The translations under genes were made by a program, and so were the position numbers. Positions 18,890 through 27,813 of a stretch of DNA of 64,000 bases are shown one piece after another. How positions within the stretch are numbered: the stretch's first letter is position 1; the number at the start of each line of letters is the position of its first letter. The notes under the pieces are model-generated. The model saw only the letters and a list, made by a program, of their open reading frames with translations, was not told the origin of the DNA and did no database searches. Origin of the DNA: an uncultured Mobilibacterium sp. (GTDB lineage Bacteria; Bacillota; Clostridia; Peptostreptococcales; Anaerovoracaceae); assembly GCA_947254375.1 (NCBI GenBank), contig CAMYCF010000001.1:134024-198023 (forward strand), in the 5' to 3' direction.

Positions 18890-19456
18890 TCAGTTATCTA
18901 TATCGTCGTAGGAGTCGCTCTCATCCGCATCGTCCGCCTCACGCGGGGATCCCACGAGGTCGCTCATCCTGACTTCGTAATAGTCGAGATCGATGTCGTG
19001 CGCATCGCCGAAATCGTAGTCGTACGTCTCGCCCGTAAAGCCCGCGGCCGAAAGGTCGAAGACGGCGTCCATTACCGAAAGCCTCCTGTCGCCGGCCCTG
19101 TCCTTCACGAGTTCGCTCTCCGTGTACCATTTGCGGAACGACGAGATCGCGTTCGCCGCGTCCTCGATGTCCGAAGAAGTCATATCGCCCGAAAAAGGCG
19201 AAATTATGCGGTCGCGGAAGATATTCGTGTTGAGGTGTATGGCTGAAAGGTCCGACGGGATCCTTTTAGAAAGGTCTTTAAAAAACGCGTCCGCCATCTC
19301 GGCAAAAAATTCCGTGTCCACCCCCGAAACAAGCTCCTCTATCAGCTCCGTCTCGACCTGATCCGGCGCTTCGAGCATGTCGGTCATGTTCTCGAAGTAC
19401 TCGAATTCCTCCGGCGAATCTATCCCTACGATCGCGTAAAACTCGCCTTTTGTCAT
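18890..19456 (-). CDS. Hypothetical, strongly acidic protein of about 188 aa. Start at ATG 19456 (MTKGEFY) with RBS AAAGGAG. It is the first gene of the M16-dut-dgt-dnaG-sigA string.
   Basis: The ORF is well placed, with an 18-nt gap to the M16 gene. No recognisable domain. The C-terminus is D/E-rich. Confidence 0.5.
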   Translation of the reverse strand: MTKGEFYAIVGIDSPEEFEYFENMTDMLEAPDQVETELIEELVSGVDTEFFAEMADAFFKDLSKRIPSDLSAIHLNTNIFRDRIISPFSGDMTSSDIEDAANAISSFRKWYTESELVKDRAGDRRLSVMDAVFDLSAAGFTGETYDYDFGDAHDIDLDYYEVRMSDLVGSPREADDADESDSYDDIDN

Positions 19457-19577
19457 AAAGCTCCTTTGTTCCTCTTTCAATCGAACTATGTTATAATTAA
19501 CCGATGATTTTGCAGTTCCGACCTGAATGTAGGTCGCCAAAACATACCGAATCATTATATCACAGAGAGGACCCAAA

Positions 19578-21416
19578 ATGGAACAATACATGTACCTTAA
19601 ATCGGACGATATCGCGGATCTTGCCGGCAAAAAAACATTTAAGCGGAGCGAGGTCCCGAAAAAACATAAATGGGACATCGAGGCGATGTATCCGGACGCC
19701 GAAAGTTTTTATAAAGACATGGTAAAAGCCAAGGAAGACGCGGAAAGATTCACCTCGTATGCGGGCAGGCTCACGGCCGACCCAGGCACCCTCAAAGAAG
19801 CACTTTTACTCTACACTGAGACGATGCGCAGATTCGAGAACATCTACGTATACGCCCACATGAAGCACGACGAGGATAACGGAGATCCGAAATATGTCGA
19901 GATGAACAACGCGGCGATGGCGGCAGCGGCGGAAGTGTATTCGCTGACGTCCTTTTTTACGCCCGAAGTGCTCGCCTGCCCAGAGGAGAAGCTGAGGGCT
20001 TTTATCGAAGAACCTGATCTCGCCGAATACCGCTTCATGCTCGAAAATATGCTCGATGAAAAGAAGCATGTTTTATCGCCGGCTGAGGAAAAGCTCATCG
20101 CGAAGATCACGGAGGCTCTCCACGCCCCGTCCGAGATCTTCGGTGTGCTGAACGATGTCGACATGAAGTTCGGCACGGTGAAAGACGAAAACGGCGAGGA
20201 TGTCCCTCTCACCCACGGCAGCTACATCTCGCTTATGGAGTCGAAGGACAGGTCGGTCAGAAAAGCCGCTTTCGAGGGCATTTACCGCGAATATGAAAAG
20301 CACAATAACACGATAGCCACGGCCTACAATTTCAATGTTAAGCAGGACGACATACTGGCTAAAATAAGGCACTACGATTCGTCGATCGACTCCGCGCTTT
20401 CGCCGGAGAAGATCCCTCTTTCGGTTTACGACAACCTTATCGAGGAGGTCCGCGATCACCTGCCGGCCATGCATAAATATGCTGCGATAAGGAAGCGCAC
20501 GCTCGGCCTCGATGACATGCAGCCGTACGATCTGTACGTCCCTATCGTAGAAAAGCCGGATGTCAAATATACTTTCGACGAAGCTATCGATACTATTTTG
20601 ACAGCCCTTGAGCCGCTCGGTAACGACTATGTTTCAGCCCTTGAGAACGGTCTCAGGCGCGAGCGCTGGGTCGATATCTACGAGAACGAAGGCAAGACTT
20701 CCGGCGCTTACAGCTTCGGATCGTACGACAGCTACCCGTACATACTGATGAATTTTCAGGGCGACATCAAAGACGTTTTTACCCTGATACACGAGTCGGG
20801 GCACTCGATGCACTCGTATTTTACCCGCAGAGAGCAGCCGTTCATATACGGGAGCCACTCGATTTTTACCGCGGAAGTGGCGAGCACGGTGAACGAAACG
20901 CTTTTGATCAAGCACATGCTCGGTAAAAGCGACGGAGCGATGCGGGCGTTCCTCCTGAACTTCTATATCGACGAGTTCAAGTCCACCCTTTTCAGGCAGA
21001 CGATGTTCGCGGAGTTCGAGAAAAAGGTCCACGGCGAGATCAACGCGGGCGGCTCACTCACCGCGCCGATGCTGAACGAGATTTATGCGGATCTAAACAA
21101 GGCGTATTTCGGGGATGCCCTCTCTGAAAACGACCTCATCAAATATGAGTGGTCGCGCATACCGCATTTCTACAGCTCGTTCTACGTCTACCAGTACGCT
21201 ACGGGGTATTCCGCGGCGAATGCCCTGGCGAACAGGATCCTGTCCGGCGGAAAGCCCGCGGTGGACGACTACAGGAAATTCCTCACGCTCGGTAACTCGG
21301 ATCACCCTATCGAGCTCCTTAAAGTAGCGGGCGTCGACATGGGCTCGCGCGAGCCGGTGGCTTCGGCTTTCTCGACATTCGACGGGCTGGTCGACGAACT
21401 CGAGAAGCTGATTTAG
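19578..21416 (+). CDS. pepF: Oligoendopeptidase F (M3B family).
   Basis: HEXXH motif HESGHSMHSYF. 612 aa. Family-typical N- and C-termini. Confidence 0.9.
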   Translation: MEQYMYLKSDDIADLAGKKTFKRSEVPKKHKWDIEAMYPDAESFYKDMVKAKEDAERFTSYAGRLTADPGTLKEALLLYTETMRRFENIYVYAHMKHDEDNGDPKYVEMNNAAMAAAAEVYSLTSFFTPEVLACPEEKLRAFIEEPDLAEYRFMLENMLDEKKHVLSPAEEKLIAKITEALHAPSEIFGVLNDVDMKFGTVKDENGEDVPLTHGSYISLMESKDRSVRKAAFEGIYREYEKHNNTIATAYNFNVKQDDILAKIRHYDSSIDSALSPEKIPLSVYDNLIEEVRDHLPAMHKYAAIRKRTLGLDDMQPYDLYVPIVEKPDVKYTFDEAIDTILTALEPLGNDYVSALENGLRRERWVDIYENEGKTSGAYSFGSYDSYPYILMNFQGDIKDVFTLIHESGHSMHSYFTRREQPFIYGSHSIFTAEVASTVNETLLIKHMLGKSDGAMRAFLLNFYIDEFKSTLFRQTMFAEFEKKVHGEINAGGSLTAPMLNEIYADLNKAYFGDALSENDLIKYEWSRIPHFYSSFYVYQYATGYSAANALANRILSGGKPAVDDYRKFLTLGNSDHPIELLKVAGVDMGSREPVASAFSTFDGLVDELEKLI

Positions 21417-21478
21417 ACTGACACGAAAAACTTATTTGACCGGAAAGCCTCAAAACTTAAAGGGCTGAAAGGATGTTT

Positions 21479-22285
21479 ATGAAAAAGAGAGTTTATATTT
21501 ACACAAACGAGATCCCTCAGAGCCTCGACGCGGCGAAGCGGCTGTCCGATGCCCTGCCGAAAGATCTTTTCGAGATCGCGGGCGAATACGAGGACGGTAA
21601 GATCGACCTCGTCGCGTGCATCGGCGGCGACGGCACGTTCCTGAGCTGCATGCACAGCCTCGACCTCCCCTCCTGCGATATCATCGGGATAAACACGGGC
21701 CACCTCGGATTTTTCCAGGAGATAAGCCCGGACCAGATCGACGATTTTATCGAAGCGTATATTTCGAAACGATATGTGATACAGGAGTCGACCCCGGTCG
21801 TCGCGGAGATGCACGCAAAGAAAGCGTTCAAACGAGTCCTCGGAGTGAACGAGGTCTGCATCCGCGGGCCGTATGCGCACGTGTGCCACCTCTCCGTTTG
21901 CATAGACGAGACTTTTATACAGGACTTCAGCGGCGACGGGATACTCGTTTCGACACCTGTCGGCTCTACGGCTTACAACTACTCGCTCGGCGGAGCGATC
22001 ATTTCGCCGGAACTCGAAGTCGTCCAGCTCACCCCTATCGCGCCGATGAGCACGAACGCATACAGATGTTTCCGCGCGGGCATCATCCTCCCCGCCGATA
22101 AAGCGATCAAAATAACGCCTAACTCACAGAGCAGGAACAAAGACATCACGATATCGTACGACCGATCGACCGAGATCGTTTCGGGAGTCGAAAAGATAGA
22201 AATAAGCAAGTGCGCGCAGTCCATAAGGCTCATAAGGATGACGGATTACGACTACTGGTCGAAGCTCACGAGCAAGCTTTTATAG
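21479..22285 (+). CDS. nadK: NAD(+) kinase.
   Basis: GGDGT motif in CIGGDGTFLSCMH; NE/DGxxxxTxxGSTAYxxSAGG-like segment. Confidence 0.9.
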   Translation: MKKRVYIYTNEIPQSLDAAKRLSDALPKDLFEIAGEYEDGKIDLVACIGGDGTFLSCMHSLDLPSCDIIGINTGHLGFFQEISPDQIDDFIEAYISKRYVIQESTPVVAEMHAKKAFKRVLGVNEVCIRGPYAHVCHLSVCIDETFIQDFSGDGILVSTPVGSTAYNYSLGGAIISPELEVVQLTPIAPMSTNAYRCFRAGIILPADKAIKITPNSQSRNKDITISYDRSTEIVSGVEKIEISKCAQSIRLIRMTDYDYWSKLTSKLL

Positions 22286-22368
22286 CTTTTGCGGATAAAA
22301 ACGGATAAAAAAGGGTCGCCGCGCCGGTAAAAACGTATCGCAGATAAACAACGAAAACAAACGATAAA

Positions 22369-23280
22369 ATGTCAAAATACACCCACACCGTCACGGAAGC
22401 GGAAGCGGAAGAAAAGCTCACGATAAATCAGATCATCAAGAGGAACTTCAAATTTTCGCGCCGTTTCAAGACAAAAATGAAATTCCAGGCCCTCATCGAC
22501 CTGAACGGAGAACCTTCCCCCGGCTTTCTCACACCGAAGCCGGGAGATATTATTTCGATACGCCTTCCCGAAGAAGGAAGCGACTTCCCTCCCGAGGACA
22601 TCCCCGTCGACATCATCTATGAAGACGACGACATTATTATCGTAAACAAGCAGCCGGGCCTCATCGTCCACCCGACGAAGGGCCACCCGTACCACACACT
22701 CGCGAACGGGCTGATGAAATACATGCTGGACAACGATAAAAACTTCAAGATACGTTTCGCGAACCGCGTCGACATGGACACATCCGGCATAATCGTCGTC
22801 GCGAAAAACTCCAACGTCCAGAACGACATATCGCTTCAACTTCGGAGAAAATCCGTAGAAAAGAAGTACCTCGCGATCGTAAAAGGCATCATGGAAGACG
22901 ATGAGCAGCGGATCGATCTCCCCGTCGGGCGTCCCGATCCCGAGGATGTGAAAAGAGGCATTCTGAGCGAAGAAAACGGCGGAAAGTCCGCGGTGAGCGA
23001 CATAAAAGTCATCGAAAGATTCCGTGATCACACACTCGTCGAAGTCACGATACTGACGGGCCGCACTCACCAGATACGCGTCCACCTCTCCCACATAGGA
23101 CACCCTATCGCGGGAGATAAGCTGTACGGCGGAGAGGAACCGGAGCTGATAGACCGTCAGGCCCTTCACGCTTACAGGATCACTTTCGATCACCCGGGGA
23201 ACGGCGAAAAGCTTTCGATCGAAGCCCCGCCGCCCGCTGATTTCAGAGAAGCGCTCGAGAAGCTTAAGCAAAACAGATAA
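22369..23280 (+). CDS. RluA-family 23S rRNA pseudouridine synthase (RluD-like, with N-terminal S4 domain).
   Basis: Catalytic motif HRLDMDTSG-like (NRVDMDTSGIIVVAKN) and HQIRVHLSHIGHPIAGD. Confidence 0.85.
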   Translation: MSKYTHTVTEAEAEEKLTINQIIKRNFKFSRRFKTKMKFQALIDLNGEPSPGFLTPKPGDIISIRLPEEGSDFPPEDIPVDIIYEDDDIIIVNKQPGLIVHPTKGHPYHTLANGLMKYMLDNDKNFKIRFANRVDMDTSGIIVVAKNSNVQNDISLQLRRKSVEKKYLAIVKGIMEDDEQRIDLPVGRPDPEDVKRGILSEENGGKSAVSDIKVIERFRDHTLVEVTILTGRTHQIRVHLSHIGHPIAGDKLYGGEEPELIDRQALHAYRITFDHPGNGEKLSIEAPPPADFREALEKLKQNR

Positions 23281-23405
23281 CGCCCTCGCTGAGAACTTCG
23301 ATTTACGATAAAAAGTAGCGGTGACCCTACGGTCACCGCACGATAGGATCCCTATATTCTTTTCTTATATCTCCAGTGGGCCCTGCATTATGCATGGGCC
23401 TTGTT

Positions 23406-23885
23406 TTACGCGTGGGCCTTGCACGACCACTCCGTGACATCGAGCTTCAGTATGCATACCCGTTCGATCATCGGAGCTTGGATCTCTGGGAACTCTTCGT
23501 CCGCATAATGCTCCATTATCTTTGTCATTCCGAGGATCTTCTCATCGACGTCTTCGACCAAAGATATCTCTCCGCGTCCCATGACGCTTTTATACAGGAA
23601 AGAAAAACAGCATGGGTTCCCGCCTTTTACAAGAACGTGATCCGTATCGGCCTCAAACGACGCGTATCGCGATTTTTTTATGAGATCGATCTTTTTCCCT
23701 TCCTTAGCGCAGTGAAAGTACAGCGTGAGATCGTCGCCTTCTCCCGAAATGCCGAAATTCAGCGGCAATATATACGCTTCATTTCCGTCGGTAAGACCGA
23801 GCCTGCAGCAGTCGCAGTCCTTCAGTATCGCGAGCATCTCACCGGGATCGCTTATTTCCCTATCTTTTCTTCTCATTTTACACAC
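23406..23885 (-). CDS. Pyridoxamine 5'-phosphate oxidase-family (FMN-binding split-barrel) protein.
   Basis: The N-terminal MRRKDREISD...AYILPLNF pattern is typical of this family. 159 aa. A stem-loop terminator follows at about 23316-23345. Confidence 0.55.
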   Translation of the reverse strand: MCKMRRKDREISDPGEMLAILKDCDCCRLGLTDGNEAYILPLNFGISGEGDDLTLYFHCAKEGKKIDLIKKSRYASFEADTDHVLVKGGNPCCFSFLYKSVMGRGEISLVEDVDEKILGMTKIMEHYADEEFPEIQAPMIERVCILKLDVTEWSCKAHA

Positions 23886-24162
23886 CGCTTATCATATATA
23901 CCGCCGGCACCGCCAGAAATATCGACAACATCAGTGCGACGTTGAGTATCGCGGCGAAAGGCCTTTTTGCCTTTATCGACATGCCGAAGCCGAACAGACC
24001 GAGTATCGGGCAAAGGACGAGAGTCACCACGCCGCCCCAGCGTACCGATCCGAGAAATGACGAGAATATATCGTCAGGCAGAAGGAACACTGAGCCCAAA
24101 AGGAGTGCTCCGATGATGAACGTAACATATCCGCCTTTCGATTTTTTTCGGTAACCTTCCAT
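23878..24162 (-). CDS. Small (about 94 aa) three-TM membrane protein, hypothetical. ATG at 24162 with RBS GGAGG. Overlaps the next gene by 8 nt.
   Basis: Hydrophobic segments FIIGALLLGSVFLL, VVTLVLCPILGLFGFGM, AAILNVALMLSIFLAVPAVYMI. Confidence 0.5.
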   Translation of the reverse strand: MEGYRKKSKGGYVTFIIGALLLGSVFLLPDDIFSSFLGSVRWGGVVTLVLCPILGLFGFGMSIKAKRPFAAILNVALMLSIFLAVPAVYMISGV

Positions 24163-24182
24163 TAACGCCTCCAATATCTCCG

Positions 24183-25172
24183 CTATTCAAAGAACGGCTT
24201 GTAATCTCCGTAACCTTCGTCATCCATACTGTCGTAAGGGATGAATCTCAGCGCCGCTCCGTTTATGCAGTACCTGAGACCTCCGCCGTCCGCAGGTCCG
24301 TCAGGGAACACGTGCCCGAGGTGCGACTTTCCGTCCCTGCTCCCGACTTCGACCCTTCTCATCCCGAAGGAGTTGTCCTCTTTACATTCCAGCGAGTCGC
24401 TCGTTATAGGTGCGGTAAAAGACGGCCATCCGCAGCCGGCATCGAATTTTTTATCCGACGTAAAAAGCGGCTGCCCCGTGACGACATCGACATATATGCC
24501 CTTTCCGTTCTCAAAGTTGAGCGGACTGCTTCCGGCTCTTTCGGTGGCAGCCTTCTGCGTCACATCGAACGCCTCGTCACCAATCCTCTTTCTTAGTTCG
24601 TCGCCCTTTTCAGTGGCGGTAAAATCCCCCAGCACCGGCTCATCTGCGAGGCCGAGCGGTATGTGGCAGTAGCCGCGCGGATTTTTCTCGAGATATCTTC
24701 TGTGGTATTCTTCCGCCGGATAGAAGCAGTCGAGCGGTCGTATCTCCACCTTGAAAGGTATCGATGCGTCCCTGCTCCCGCTCGCCGCGTGTTTTGCCGC
24801 GAGCACGTCATTTATCTTACGCGCCGCCTTCTCGCCTTCCGGGTCGACGAAATATATCCCCGTCCTGTACTGGGTACCGATATCGTTCCCCTGCCTGTTG
24901 AACGACGTAGGGTCGATTATTTCGTAGAACCTAAGGAGCAGTTCTTCGAGCGACACGATGTTTGCATCGTATTTTATCATCACCGTCTCCGCATGGCCCG
25001 TATCGCCGCGGCAAACGTCCTCGTATGACGGATCTTCCTTTTTACCGTTCGCGTAGCCTACCTCGGTGTCGATGACGCCTTTTATACGGCGAAAATATCC
25101 CTCGACGCCCCAGAAGCAGCCGCCCGCCAGATATATCGTTTTTACCCTCGGATAAACGCTTTTTATCTCCAT
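24183..25172 (-). CDS. msrAB: Bifunctional peptide-methionine sulfoxide reductase, MsrA-MsrB fusion.
   Basis: MsrA GGCFWG motif at the N-terminus. MsrB CGWPSF...HLGHVF motifs at the C-terminus. Confidence 0.9.
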   Translation of the reverse strand: MEIKSVYPRVKTIYLAGGCFWGVEGYFRRIKGVIDTEVGYANGKKEDPSYEDVCRGDTGHAETVMIKYDANIVSLEELLLRFYEIIDPTSFNRQGNDIGTQYRTGIYFVDPEGEKAARKINDVLAAKHAASGSRDASIPFKVEIRPLDCFYPAEEYHRRYLEKNPRGYCHIPLGLADEPVLGDFTATEKGDELRKRIGDEAFDVTQKAATERAGSSPLNFENGKGIYVDVVTGQPLFTSDKKFDAGCGWPSFTAPITSDSLECKEDNSFGMRRVEVGSRDGKSHLGHVFPDGPADGGGLRYCINGAALRFIPYDSMDDEGYGDYKPFFE

Positions 25173-25184
25173 TTTATCTCACCC

Positions 25185-26003
25185 CTATTCCGTGATCTGA
25201 TAATTCCTGAATATCGACTCACCCTTGAATTTGAAGCGCGAAAAATCGCCGTATATCAGAAGCTCGTAAAAGACCGACATACCGATGTAGAAGTTGCCCA
25301 TCGCGGCGTAGAACGGCAGCCTGAGCAGGAAATAAACTATAACTCCCGCGTAAGTCTCCTGATTCACGTTGAAGATCGTCGTGCCGAGCGCCGTGAGGAG
25401 CAAAGCCGCCAGTATCGAAAGCAGGTACGTCAGATCGAGCCTGAAAAGGTTTGCCTTGTTGCCGTCCATCATGGATTTGCTCTCGCGCATGCATTCGAGG
25501 ACGCCCTTGCTCGGATCGTCTACGAGTATGAAGAACGACTGTCTGTAAGTGTATACCGCGATTATTCCCGGTACTATGAAGCAAAGCGTCCAAAGCGTTA
25601 TGACGATCCCAACCGTGAGGTTGAGCAGGAACGCTTTAAAGAAGAATTGGAAGCCGTCGAATATCCGCGCGATCTGGACCTTGTTGTTTCTGAGCTCCGT
25701 GAGCAGGTATATCGATCTTCCGAACGAAAATATCCCCGCGAAGACGACGCCGTAGATCACGATAACGAACGGCAGATACGGCATCTGCTTCATGTCGACA
25801 TCCGAAGAAGCCAGCATTTTGCTGATCCCGGTCACATCAAAATACGACCGCGGGAAAACTACTCCGAGCATCAACGGTATCAGTTCGACAAAGATATAAT
25901 ATGTGAGGATCCCGAGCAGATATTTGCCCGAGTTCTGCCTGAGGTGGCCCGAACCGAGCGCTCTTATGAGTCTCGGATCCTGTTTTACCAAATTTTTCTG
26001 CAT
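25185..26003 (-). CDS. DUF975-like polytopic membrane protein.
   Basis: 272 aa with multiple TM helices. The internally duplicated architecture is typical of DUF975. No catalytic motif. Confidence 0.45.
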   Translation of the reverse strand: MQKNLVKQDPRLIRALGSGHLRQNSGKYLLGILTYYIFVELIPLMLGVVFPRSYFDVTGISKMLASSDVDMKQMPYLPFVIVIYGVVFAGIFSFGRSIYLLTELRNNKVQIARIFDGFQFFFKAFLLNLTVGIVITLWTLCFIVPGIIAVYTYRQSFFILVDDPSKGVLECMRESKSMMDGNKANLFRLDLTYLLSILAALLLTALGTTIFNVNQETYAGVIVYFLLRLPFYAAMGNFYIGMSVFYELLIYGDFSRFKFKGESIFRNYQITE

Positions 26004-26130
26004 AATTCCCTCCCCTTCATAGAGTTTAATTCTAACACAGGAGATCCGATTTTATCAAGCCGCGCGCACACATCGCCGCCTATGTGATATAATCTTTTAG
26101 CATGAATCTACGCGTGAAAGGCGGACGGAA

Positions 26131-26805
26131 ATGACGGATAAAAGCCTTGTAAAAGAAGGCGGACGCTGCCTGATCATATTGCCCTATATCGAAGGTATCG
26201 AAGCGCTTCAGCCGGCGGGACTCGCGGAAGATGCCGACTTCGTCGTATGTGCTGACGGAGGCCAGACCGTGGCGAAGGAATACGGGATAACACCGAATAC
26301 CGTGATCGGCGACTTCGACTCCACCGATACCGACTTTCGTTTCGACTGCCCGTATATCGCCTACCCTTCCGAGAAGGACATCACCGACTGCGAGGCTTGC
26401 TTTCTTTTCGCCGCTGACAGACATTTCGGTAAAATCACCGTGCTCGGCGGCATGGGCGGGCGCATCGACCACACCATGGGCGCGATAGGCGCTCTATGCG
26501 CTTTCTTCGAAAAATTCCCGGGCGGCATCACCTTCGTCGACGGCAGGAACACAATGACGGCGGTAAAAGACGGCACGATCGTCCTCGAGCGCTCCGACAG
26601 GTATAAATACTTCTCCCTCTTTTCCCTCGACGAAAAAGCTGCGGGAGTATCGATAAAAGGCGCGAAATACGAACTCGACGATGTCGTCCTCCCGAGAGCG
26701 TCGACCCTCGGCATAAGCAACGAGATCGCGGAAGACAGCGCCGAGATAACTATACGAAAAGGAACGGTCCTCGTCATGCGCTCATCCGACCCTTCCGCCT
26801 CATAA
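26131..26805 (+). CDS. thiN: Thiamine diphosphokinase (thiamine pyrophosphokinase).
   Basis: GDFDS motif (VIGDFDSTD), LGGMGGRIDH, and C-terminal thiamine-binding domain. Confidence 0.85.
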   Translation: MTDKSLVKEGGRCLIILPYIEGIEALQPAGLAEDADFVVCADGGQTVAKEYGITPNTVIGDFDSTDTDFRFDCPYIAYPSEKDITDCEACFLFAADRHFGKITVLGGMGGRIDHTMGAIGALCAFFEKFPGGITFVDGRNTMTAVKDGTIVLERSDRYKYFSLFSLDEKAAGVSIKGAKYELDDVVLPRASTLGISNEIAEDSAEITIRKGTVLVMRSSDPSAS

Positions 26806-26814
26806 CATCAAGCT

Positions 26815-26841
26815 TGATTAAAACATACTAACGTGTATAAT
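26815..26841 (+). promoter_or_regulatory. Putative sigma-A promoter for the riboswitch-thiT transcript.
   Basis: TTGATT, then a ~15-nt spacer, then TATAAT. Confidence 0.4.
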
Positions 26842-26861
26842 AATTACACAGACAGAAACAA

Positions 26862-26948
26862 AAATAACACCGGGGGAGCTTTCGCTGAGAAATCCATTGG
26901 ATGACCCTTATACCTGATTCGGATAATGCCGACGTAGGAAGGTAAAAA
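26862..26948 (+). ncRNA. TPP (THI-box) riboswitch.
   Basis: CACCGGGGGAGC...CTGAGA...ACCCTTATACCTGATTCGGATAATGCCGACGTAGGAAGG. The conserved CUGAGA, ACCUGAU, GGAUAAUGCC and GCGUAGGAA elements are all present. It lies upstream of thiT. A C-rich segment downstream could sequester the AAGGAGG RBS. Confidence 0.85.
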
Positions 26949-27014
26949 AGTCGATCGCGTTTCAAGCACGACGGACACGGAAGTACACCCCCCTTATTCT
27001 AAGGAGGTTTTTTT

Positions 27015-27665
27015 ATGTCAGGAAACATACAGCACTTTTTCGAAAGCACGCAGGGACAGATCCTCTCGATCGCAGTCATCGCGGTAGCGCTGCTCCTCAT
27101 CATGATCGGCGACAAAAAGTCCGGTAAAAAGACGGACACCAAGGCGCTGACGATCTCTGCACTGATGATCGCGATGGCGATCGTCCTCAACCAGATAAAA
27201 CTCTTTCACATGCCTCAGGGCGGTTCGGTCACCCTGCTCTCGCTCCTTCCGATAGTCCTCGTGGGCTACTTCTTCGGACCGCGCAGAGGCATCATCGCCG
27301 GCATATGCGTGGGCATGCTCGACCTGATCCTGAATCCGTACGTAATACACCCGATACAGCTTCTCGTCGACTACCCTCTCGCCTTCGGTGCGCTCGGCAT
27401 GTCCGGCCTCATGAAGGATAAAAAGAACGGCCTGACGAAGGGATACATCCTCGGCGTCTTCTCGAGATACATCTGCGCAGTAATAAGCGGCATCGTATTC
27501 TTCGGTGCATACGCGCCTAAAAATTTCAACGCCGTCACATGGTCCCTCTGGTACAACCTCACGTACCTCGGCGCCGAAGCCGTGATAACCCTCGTTATCA
27601 TAAATATCCCGCCGGTAAAAAGCGCATTCCAGCGCATGAAGAATTCTATCGAGAACGGCAGATAG
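27015..27665 (+). CDS. thiT: ECF-transporter S component ThiT (thiamine).
   Basis: 216 aa, 6 TM. MPQGGSVTLLSLLPI matches the ThiT substrate-binding loop. Riboswitch-controlled and adjacent to thiN. Confidence 0.75.
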   Translation: MSGNIQHFFESTQGQILSIAVIAVALLLIMIGDKKSGKKTDTKALTISALMIAMAIVLNQIKLFHMPQGGSVTLLSLLPIVLVGYFFGPRRGIIAGICVGMLDLILNPYVIHPIQLLVDYPLAFGALGMSGLMKDKKNGLTKGYILGVFSRYICAVISGIVFFGAYAPKNFNAVTWSLWYNLTYLGAEAVITLVIINIPPVKSAFQRMKNSIENGR

Positions 27666-27720
27666 CAGCTGTAAAAAGCGCGGCAAACGGCACAGCCGCC
27701 GGACGGCAAAACTCACAACA

Positions 27721-27752
27721 AAACGGGCTGACAAAAGTCAGCCCGTTTTTCT
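27721..27752. terminator. Bidirectional Rho-independent terminator between thiT (+) and the convergent surface-protein gene (-).
   Basis: CGGGCTGAC-AAAA-GTCAGCCCG flanked by A-run and T-run. Confidence 0.65.
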
Positions 27753-27813
27753 TGCCCGATCATATTTCTCATGTTTCGCATGTTTCTATGACGGTTGTAT
27801 TTACCTTAAGGAT

